33,998 nt of DNA from Candidatus Ryanbacteria bacterium RIFCSPLOWO2_12_FULL_47_9c. Its GTDB lineage: Bacteria > Patescibacteriota > Minisyncoccia > Ryanbacterales > GWA2-47-10b. Of the stretch, positions 17,636-24,830 are shown piece by piece. The position numbers and the translations under genes were made by a program. Under the pieces are notes generated by a model. The model did no database searches. It was not told where the DNA came from and saw only the letters and a program-made list of their open reading frames with translations. The stretch covers positions 1 through 33,998 of the forward strand of contig MHOB01000023.1 in the NCBI GenBank assembly GCA_001821795.1. Reading direction: 5' to 3'. Numbering within the stretch: the first letter of the stretch is position 1; the number at the start of each line of letters is the position of its first letter.

Positions 17636-19109
17636 ATACAAGGTTTTCCTCGGCGAAGGAAAGTCGGTTGGGTTTTGCACTATCTGGAATGAGCCGGAAG
17701 CGACGGTAAAGCGCGACCCGAGAGTACTCGAGCGCTCGGCAATTGTGGGCACGCTCTATAGCAGACAGGGTGTTAACGCAATTTTACGCAACCTTGCCCT
17801 AAATCCGCAGATTCGAACTTTGTATCTCTGGGGGTATGGGACTCTTTCGAATACTCCTTTTGGCCTTACGGGAAAAAGTATTTTAGTAAATATCTGGACC
17901 GGCGGCATTGATGAGAATCACATGGTGCGCGGCACGAGTTTCAAAATTGACAGTGAAATCCCCGCCACGGTTATCGAAACAATTCGTGCGAATGTTGAGT
18001 TGAGAGACATCAGCACTTTAACATTTGAGGAGGCGATGGCCTCGCTCCAGCAAAGTGGCGATGCTGTCCCGTACATGAGGCCACAAGTTTTTCCCGACCC
18101 GGTACAGGAAAAGATTGATATGTTTCCTTCTGAACAAGTTGGATGGCTTGTGCGTGGCCGCACTGTTGTAGAAGCATGGACGCGCGTTGTCGACCGCATT
18201 ATGCGCTATGGCACCACTAAAGGTACGCAATACGGCATGCAGCAGCGAGAGTTGATTGGCGTGACGTGGGTTATTTCGGCGGAAGATCCAGCCGAGCCAT
18301 TTTTGAATGTTGATTGGCCGGAAGAGGTGCGAAAAACAATCGGACTTACAAAAGAAGCGATCAACGAATATCACGGTGTTTTTCTTTCAAAAGAATTGCC
18401 GGCCGGTATCACCTATACCTATGGCAATCGTCTTATGCAGTATCCGGCGCCGGGCGGCGCACCGATTGATCAGATTGAAGATGTTATCATAAAATCTTTT
18501 CGTTCTTCTCCCGATACGCGCCGCGCAGTTGCAACAACAATGGTGCCGCCCATTGATAAAGATTCAAACGAGCCGCCGTGCATCACTCAAGTCCAGGCAC
18601 TGCAATCCGGCGGAGCTCTTCATTTTTTGGTAACCGTACGGAGCCACGATATTTTTAAAGCGGCTATTCCGAATGCGTTCGGTTTGCGCATGCTGCAAAT
18701 GCGCGTGGCAAGTGAGCTCGGTTTCTCGATGGGCGTACTGCAGATTACATCACAGTCCGCACATATTTATGAAGCAGATTGGGACAATGCCAAAAAGCTT
18801 GCCGCATGCGTTGTGTGGGAAAGAGAGCCCGAAAAAATATTTCGTCCGGAACTTCACGCAGATCCGCGCGGCGTTGTAGTTGTTCTTATCAAAGAAGACG
18901 AAATTGTTGCTGAAATAAAAGCGCCAACCGGTGAGGATTTGATCGAAATTCGCGGTAAGACCGCTAAAGATGTAGCGGCAAAACTCTCACAGCTCGACCT
19001 CTTGAGCAGGTCCGACCATCTTCTCGATATAGGTATGGAGCTTGAGAAAGCTGAAATCGCAAAACAGAAAGGGATTGTGTATATCCAAGACCGACCCCTC
19101 CGATTTTAG
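17601..19109 (+). CDS. Thymidylate-synthase-fold enzyme with an N-terminal MtrA-like domain and a C-terminal DUF4346-like domain (502 aa)
   Basis: The TS core has RRAVATTMVPP, catalytic Cys in EPPCITQVQ (Cys327, nt 18579-18581), VRSHD, and IPN (Asn358). The N-terminus reads VGFCTIW...AIVGTLYSRQGVNAILRNLALNPQIRTLYLWG, which resembles MtrA ([30 protein letters not shown]). The C-terminus reads DPRGVVVV...HLLDIGMELEKAEIAKQKGIVYIQD. ATG 17601 overlaps the upstream gene by 35 nt. Confidence 0.75.
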   Translation: MISQENLFQPDKYKVFLGEGKSVGFCTIWNEPEATVKRDPRVLERSAIVGTLYSRQGVNAILRNLALNPQIRTLYLWGYGTLSNTPFGLTGKSILVNIWTGGIDENHMVRGTSFKIDSEIPATVIETIRANVELRDISTLTFEEAMASLQQSGDAVPYMRPQVFPDPVQEKIDMFPSEQVGWLVRGRTVVEAWTRVVDRIMRYGTTKGTQYGMQQRELIGVTWVISAEDPAEPFLNVDWPEEVRKTIGLTKEAINEYHGVFLSKELPAGITYTYGNRLMQYPAPGGAPIDQIEDVIIKSFRSSPDTRRAVATTMVPPIDKDSNEPPCITQVQALQSGGALHFLVTVRSHDIFKAAIPNAFGLRMLQMRVASELGFSMGVLQITSQSAHIYEADWDNAKKLAACVVWEREPEKIFRPELHADPRGVVVVLIKEDEIVAEIKAPTGEDLIEIRGKTAKDVAAKLSQLDLLSRSDHLLDIGMELEKAEIAKQKGIVYIQDRPLRF

Positions 19110-19162
19110 GCATTTCTTGTGATTTTTTTGTTGGTGGGTTACCATGGGCGCATTGTTTTATT

Positions 19163-20461
19163 ATGATACGGACACGAATTCTAGCGGTTTTTCTCTTGGT
19201 TGTTGGCGTTATTGCTGGCTATTTTGTTTACCCACGTTTCGGTATTCCCGAATTTTTTAACATTCCCTTCCGGCTTGGCCTTGATCTCCAGGGTGGGGTT
19301 CACCTTATTTATAAAGCTGATCTTTCACAAATTCCGCTTGGTCAGGGCGGCAGTGCGCTTGAAGGATTGCGCGATGTCATCGAACGGCGGGTCAATTTTT
19401 TTGGTGTTTCGGAGCCAGAAGTTCGCACTGAACGGACGCTCGGTGAAAGCCATCTTAGTGTAAAACTTGCGGGGGTATTTGATACCGCGCGGGCGATCCA
19501 GCTTATTGGGGAAACTCCATTTCTTGAGTTTCGTACCGAGCGAAAAGATACGGTTGCCTCGGATCTCGAGAATGATCCACTTGCTTTTTATGAGCCGACC
19601 GAGCTCAACGGAAGATATTTGCAAGATGCACGGATGGATTTTGACCAGAATAATTCGCCCTACGTGTACATCACCTTTAATCCCGAGGGCGCAAAAATTT
19701 TCGAAAAACTTACGGAAGAGAATATCGACAAAACGATTGCTATCTTTCTCGATGGCGTTCCGATCAGCACCCCGGTTGTTCGGCAAAAAATTTCCGGCGG
19801 AACGGCGCAAATAACAGGGCAATTTACGCCAGAGGAAGCACGCCTTTTAGCTCAACGTCTTCATTCCGGAGCGTTACCGGTGCCTATAGAACTCATTTCC
19901 CAGGAACGCGTTGAAGCAACCCATGGCGCCGAATCTCTTGCAAAAAGTTTCTTTTCAGGGCTCGTTGGGCTTTTGCTCGTTATGGTTTTTATGATTTTAT
20001 GGTATCGATTATCGGGCCTTATTGCGGTTGTCGCGCTCCTGATATATGGCGCTTTCTCGCTCACGCTTTTTAAGCTTATTCCCGTAACATTTACAACCGC
20101 TGGCATCGCAGGATTTATTCTTTCCGTTGGCATGGCGGTAGATGCCAATGTCCTTATTTTTGAGCGCATGAAGGAAGAACTGAAACGGGGGCGAACTCTT
20201 GGCGGGGCGCTTGAAGAGGGGTTTGACCGGGCATGGAATGCAATTCGAGATTCTAATATTTCAAGCATCATGACCGCTCTTATTCTTTGGTTTTTCGGAA
20301 CGGATGCCGTTAAAGGGTTTGCTCTTACGCTAGGTCTTGGCATTGTGGTTTCCATGTTTACTGCCATTGTGATTACGCGGACTTTCATGCGCGCAATCCA
20401 GAGGCGGCATGGATCAGGCGAAACGGTTCCATTTTTATACAAGAGTGGATTTGGTTGGTAA
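19163..20461 (+). CDS. secD: Protein translocase subunit SecD
   Basis: LGLDLQGGVHLIYKAD and FTPEEARLLAQRLHSGALPVPIE, plus a six-TM C-terminal block. Confidence 0.9.
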   Translation: MIRTRILAVFLLVVGVIAGYFVYPRFGIPEFFNIPFRLGLDLQGGVHLIYKADLSQIPLGQGGSALEGLRDVIERRVNFFGVSEPEVRTERTLGESHLSVKLAGVFDTARAIQLIGETPFLEFRTERKDTVASDLENDPLAFYEPTELNGRYLQDARMDFDQNNSPYVYITFNPEGAKIFEKLTEENIDKTIAIFLDGVPISTPVVRQKISGGTAQITGQFTPEEARLLAQRLHSGALPVPIELISQERVEATHGAESLAKSFFSGLVGLLLVMVFMILWYRLSGLIAVVALLIYGAFSLTLFKLIPVTFTTAGIAGFILSVGMAVDANVLIFERMKEELKRGRTLGGALEEGFDRAWNAIRDSNISSIMTALILWFFGTDAVKGFALTLGLGIVVSMFTAIVITRTFMRAIQRRHGSGETVPFLYKSGFGW

Positions 20462-20462
20462 T

Positions 20463-21338
20463 ATGAATTTCATTGGATCAAGAAAAATATTTTACGGGAT
20501 ATCGGGGACAATGCTTGCATTTTCGGTCGTGTCCTTTTTCATTTTTGGGCTTAGTCTCGGCGCGGATTTCACGGGTGACGCTATTCTCATTGGAACATTT
20601 AAAGATAGAGATGTTTCGTCCGATGAGGTCCGCGCCGCGTTTGAAAAAGAGGGGATCGGAGTTGATTCATTAGATATTCGCGACGGACGGAATCTGTATC
20701 TTCGCGCGCGTTTTCTGTCGGAGGAAAGCCACCAACATCTGTTGCGGATTCTTGGAACGTTTGATGGATTTGACGAACAAAGTTTTGTTTCCCGCGGGCC
20801 TACAATTGGAATGCAACTTCGAAGGAACGCATTGACTGCAATCTTAGTTGCGCTCGCGGCGATCATACTTTATATTGCGTGGGCGTTTCGGCATGTCTCG
20901 CGCCCTGTTTCGAGCTGGATCTACGGACTTGTTGCGATTACTGCGCTCATTCACGATATAACAATTCCTACCGGCCTTTTTTCTTTCCTTCGCATTGAGA
21001 TCGATACTCTTTTTGTGTCTGCACTTCTCACGATTCTTGGATTTTCGGTGCATGATACAATCGTTGTGTTTGATCGTGTGCGGGAAAATCTGAAGAAAGC
21101 CGAGGGTACCAAGAAATTCGCTGATATTGTCGAGGCAAGCGTGCGCGAAACATTTACACGATCTGTTAATACGTCTTTGACTACGATTCTTGCGCTTGTT
21201 GCGATTTATTTCTTCGGCGGGGCATCAACGCATAATTTGGCGCTTGCGCTTATTGTTGGGATTCTCGTTGGGACCTATTCTTCCATATTCATTGCGAGCC
21301 CCCTCCTTGTCACCATTGAACAATGGAAGCGGAAATGA
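20463..21338 (+). CDS. secF: Protein translocase subunit SecF
   Basis: It starts MNFIGSRKIFYGIS at ATG 20463, 1 nt after the secD stop. Motifs GADFTGD and VHDTIVVFDRVRENL are present. The track extension (20409) overlaps secD. Confidence 0.9.
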   Translation: MNFIGSRKIFYGISGTMLAFSVVSFFIFGLSLGADFTGDAILIGTFKDRDVSSDEVRAAFEKEGIGVDSLDIRDGRNLYLRARFLSEESHQHLLRILGTFDGFDEQSFVSRGPTIGMQLRRNALTAILVALAAIILYIAWAFRHVSRPVSSWIYGLVAITALIHDITIPTGLFSFLRIEIDTLFVSALLTILGFSVHDTIVVFDRVRENLKKAEGTKKFADIVEASVRETFTRSVNTSLTTILALVAIYFFGGASTHNLALALIVGILVGTYSSIFIASPLLVTIEQWKRK

Positions 21339-21375
21339 AGTAGACGGCGTTTTTCCACAGTGGTCTCGGGGGTCC

Positions 21376-21403
21376 TTGACATATTTTTGAGTAAAGCTAG
21401 AAT
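21376..21403 (+). promoter_or_regulatory. Putative sigma70 promoter upstream of rpoBC
   Basis: TTGACA (21376-21381), 16 nt spacer, TAGAAT (21398-21403). This predicts a leader of about 180 nt. Confidence 0.55.
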
Positions 21404-21534
21404 AAAGGGTGTCTGCTTTTGAGAACGGTTTGTTATCCGCGGGGCTGAGTTCACGAGATGGCGCGAGGTACGGCCGTCAAATTATTTATAAAAAATACAG
21501 TGGTTAACCATTAAGGTTAGAAAAAACGAGTGAG

Positions 21535-21554
21535 AAACCCGGAGGTGGGTTTTT
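21535..21554 (+). promoter_or_regulatory. Terminator-like hairpin in the rpoB leader (possible attenuator)
   Basis: AAACCC (21535-21540), loop GGAGGT, GGGTTT (21547-21552), followed by a T-rich tract (TTGACTTGTTTTTTACTTATTTTTTTT). Confidence 0.4.
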
Positions 21555-21587
21555 GACTTGTTTTTTACTTATTTTTTTTCATAACAT

Positions 21588-24500
21588 ATGCAAAAAAAAT
21601 ATTTTGCGCGGTTTAAAGAGCCGCTTGCGCGGCTTCCCTATCTTGCGGAAGTCCAACTCAATTCCTATCGGTGGTTTATGGAAAAGGGGTTCCGCGAGCT
21701 TCTTACAGAATTTTCGCCAATTGAAGATCTCGCCGGAAGGCAGATCAGTCTTGAGTTTCTCGATTATATTATTGAAGAGCCCCCATTCGATGAATATCAT
21801 GCCAAAGCGCATAATCTTACCTATGAAGCGCCGCTCCGGGTAAAGACTCGTTTGACCAATAAAAAAACCGGCGAAATCAAAACGCAAGAAATATTTTTTG
21901 CGGATTTTCCCTTGATGACAAACCATGGCACATTTGTCATCAACGGCATTGAGCGCGTGATTGTCTCCCAGCTTGTTCGCTCGTTCGGCGTTTATTTTAC
22001 TGCCAATGAGTTCCGCGGGAAAAAGCGTTTCGGCGCGAAGGCGATACCGGGGCGCGGAGTTTGGCTTGAATTTGAATCCGATGCCGATGGTGCCATTTGG
22101 GTTAAGATTGACCGGAAAAGAAAAATTGCGGTGAGCGCATTACTCCGGATCTTCGGGCTTGAAACTGATGAACAGATTTTGAGTGCATTCAAAGATATCG
22201 ATACTGGCGAGGTTTCGCATATAGAAGCAACACTTAAAAAAGATCAGACGAAGAGTAAAGGTGACGCCTATATTGAGATCTATAAACGTATTCGACCGGG
22301 TGAAATGGCGGCGCTTGACAATGCGCGGGGGCTCATTGATACGATTTTTTCTTCTGCCCGATATGACCTCCATGTTGTTGGGCGATATAAGATGAATCTT
22401 CGTTTCAAGTCGCTTGGAGGCGGTACGGAGGATTCCCGCGTTCTTACCCAGCAAGACCTTGTTTATATCATTCACGAAATTATACGGAAGAATAATACGC
22501 CCGATGAGGTTGAGGACGACATTGACCACTTGGGGCATCGCCGCGTCCGAGGAGTCGGCGAGATGTTGCAAAATCGCCTCCGCGTGGGCATAGCTCGTAT
22601 GGAGCGCAACATTCATGACCGCATCTCAACTCTCGAAACTGATACGCTTACTCCGATGCAGCTCGTAAATGCCCGTCCCTTTATGTCTGTTCTCAAAGAA
22701 TTTTTTACGACTAATAAGCTTTCCCAATTTATGGATCAGGTGAATGTTCTCTCGCAGCTTGAGCATAAACGGCGTCTCTCGGCGCTCGGTCCCGGGGGTC
22801 TTACTCGCGAGAGAGCCGGTTTTGAAGTTCGTGATGTGCACCCATCACATTACGGTCGCATTTGTCCCATTGAGACGCCGGAAGGTCCGAACATCGGCCT
22901 CGTGGGACATCTTGCAAGCTATGCGCGCGTGAATGATTTTGGACTGATTGAAACTCCTTACCGGAAAGTTGAACGCGGAAAAATCACTAGTGAGATCAAT
23001 TATTTGACCGCTTTCGAAGAAGCTGACTATAACATTGCACATGCAGGTATTGCATATGATTCAAAATCGGGTGAAATTCTTGATAAGGAGCTTGAAGCGC
23101 GCATCAAAGGCCAGCCGCGCCTTGTTCGTCGCGAGGATATACACTACATTGACGTGTCTCCCACGCAGGCATTTAGCATTGCAACCGGTCTCATTCCTTT
23201 TTTGGGTCACGATGATGCAAATCGCGCGCTCATGGGTTCAAATATGCAGCGGCAGGCGGTTCCGTGTGTTATTCCGCAGGCTCCCCTTGTCGCGACAGGT
23301 ATCGAAGGGCGTGCCGCAGAGGATTCCGGTCTTTTAATAACTGCTGGGGATGATGGAAAAGTACTGTATGTCGATGCAGGGAAGATCATTGTTCGTACGG
23401 GACGGCACGACCGCGAATACTCTTTGGTGACATTCGCGCGGTCAAACCAGGTGACTGCTCTTCACCACACGCCCCTTGTGCGTGCGGGAGAACGCGTGGT
23501 CAAGGGCCAAGTTCTTGCTGATAATTCTTCCACAAAAAATGGTGAACTTGCCCTTGGTCAAAATCTCCTGGTGGCATTTTTGTCGTGGGGTGGCGCAACA
23601 TTTGAAGACGCTATTATTCTCTCAGAGCGACTTGTGAAAGAAGATCGCTTCACTTCCATCCATATCGAGGAGTTTACGATTGATGTGCGCGATACAAAAC
23701 TTGGTGAAGAGATAACTACGCATGATATTCCAAATGTGGGAGAAGAGAAGCTCAAAGATCTTGATGAAGATGGTGTTGTTCGCATTGGCGCTGAAGTGCG
23801 GATGGGAGATATCCTTGTAGGGAAGATTTCACCGAAAGGCGAGTCTGATCTCACGCCGGAGGAGCGGCTTCTGCGGGCAATTTTTGGTGAGAAAGCAAAA
23901 GAAGTAAAAGATACTTCCCTGCGCCTTCCGCACGGAAAACAGGGTCGCGTTGTCGGCATTAAAGTATTCTCTCGCGAGAGGGGAGATCGGCTCGAGACCG
24001 GTGTTATAAAGCGAATTCATATCGAGATTGCCCAGCTGCGCAAGATTTCCGTGGGCGATAAACTCGCGGGCCGCCACGGGAATAAAGGTGTTATCTCGAA
24101 AGTATTGCAGGAAGAAGATATGCCGTATCTTGAGGACGGTACGCCGGTTGACATAATTTTGAATCCGCTTGGCGTTGCTTCACGCATGAATCTTGGACAG
24201 ATTCTTGAAGCGCACCTCGGATGGGCATGTCAAAGACTCGGATATCAGGCGATTTGCCCCCCATTCATTGATCCATCCGAGGGTGAAATTAAAGAGGAGC
24301 TAAAAAAAGCGGGGATACCGTCTTCTGGGAAGGTGCCCCTTTATGATGGCCGAACTGGAGAGCGATTTGAACAGGATGTTATGGTTGGCCAAATTTATAT
24401 GTTGAAGCTTATGCATATGGTTGAGGACAAGATTCATATGCGTTCGATCGGTCCCTATTCACTCATCACTCAACAGCCGTTAGGGGGAAAGGCGCAGGGT

Positions 24501-24818
24501 GGAGGACAACGGTTCGGCGAGATGGAAGTATGGGCGCTCGAAGGATACGGCGCTGCGCATACGCTTCAGGAAGTTATTACAATCAAGTCAGATGATGTTC
24601 TCGGCCGCGCGGCGATTTATGATGCTATTGTCCGCGGTGAGAAACTCAAAAATCCCCGCGTGCCAGCTTCGTTCTATGTTTTGGTCAATGAACTAAAAGG
24701 TCTTGCGTTAAACGTTATCATCAAAGAAGCTACGCCTACGTATGATTCAGATTCAGAGGAAGACGAAGCAGATGTTTCGCTTAATCAACGGGCTCGAAGT
24801 CGTATGGCGCGGTCATAA
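21588..24818 (+). CDS. rpoB: DNA-directed RNA polymerase subunit beta
   Basis: 1076 aa, with conserved blocks (LAEVQLNSYRWF, GTFVINGIERVIVSQL, FFTTNKLSQFMDQVN, RLSALGPGGL, GRHGNKGVISK, GGQRFGEMEVWALE). Confidence 0.98.
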   Translation: MQKKYFARFKEPLARLPYLAEVQLNSYRWFMEKGFRELLTEFSPIEDLAGRQISLEFLDYIIEEPPFDEYHAKAHNLTYEAPLRVKTRLTNKKTGEIKTQEIFFADFPLMTNHGTFVINGIERVIVSQLVRSFGVYFTANEFRGKKRFGAKAIPGRGVWLEFESDADGAIWVKIDRKRKIAVSALLRIFGLETDEQILSAFKDIDTGEVSHIEATLKKDQTKSKGDAYIEIYKRIRPGEMAALDNARGLIDTIFSSARYDLHVVGRYKMNLRFKSLGGGTEDSRVLTQQDLVYIIHEIIRKNNTPDEVEDDIDHLGHRRVRGVGEMLQNRLRVGIARMERNIHDRISTLETDTLTPMQLVNARPFMSVLKEFFTTNKLSQFMDQVNVLSQLEHKRRLSALGPGGLTRERAGFEVRDVHPSHYGRICPIETPEGPNIGLVGHLASYARVNDFGLIETPYRKVERGKITSEINYLTAFEEADYNIAHAGIAYDSKSGEILDKELEARIKGQPRLVRREDIHYIDVSPTQAFSIATGLIPFLGHDDANRALMGSNMQRQAVPCVIPQAPLVATGIEGRAAEDSGLLITAGDDGKVLYVDAGKIIVRTGRHDREYSLVTFARSNQVTALHHTPLVRAGERVVKGQVLADNSSTKNGELALGQNLLVAFLSWGGATFEDAIILSERLVKEDRFTSIHIEEFTIDVRDTKLGEEITTHDIPNVGEEKLKDLDEDGVVRIGAEVRMGDILVGKISPKGESDLTPEERLLRAIFGEKAKEVKDTSLRLPHGKQGRVVGIKVFSRERGDRLETGVIKRIHIEIAQLRKISVGDKLAGRHGNKGVISKVLQEEDMPYLEDGTPVDIILNPLGVASRMNLGQILEAHLGWACQRLGYQAICPPFIDPSEGEIKEELKKAGIPSSGKVPLYDGRTGERFEQDVMVGQIYMLKLMHMVEDKIHMRSIGPYSLITQQPLGGKAQGGGQRFGEMEVWALEGYGAAHTLQEVITIKSDDVLGRAAIYDAIVRGEKLKNPRVPASFYVLVNELKGLALNVIIKEATPTYDSDSEEDEADVSLNQRARSRMARS

Positions 24819-24830
24819 AATAGAGCGAAT

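Noticed and set aside
21553-21843. 96-aa TTG-start ORF preceded by GGAGGT at ideal SD spacing
   Set aside because: It overlaps the highly conserved rpoB N-terminus out of frame for about 255 nt. Its product is low-complexity (MTCFLLIFFHNICKK…). The GGAGGT is better explained as the loop of the leader hairpin.
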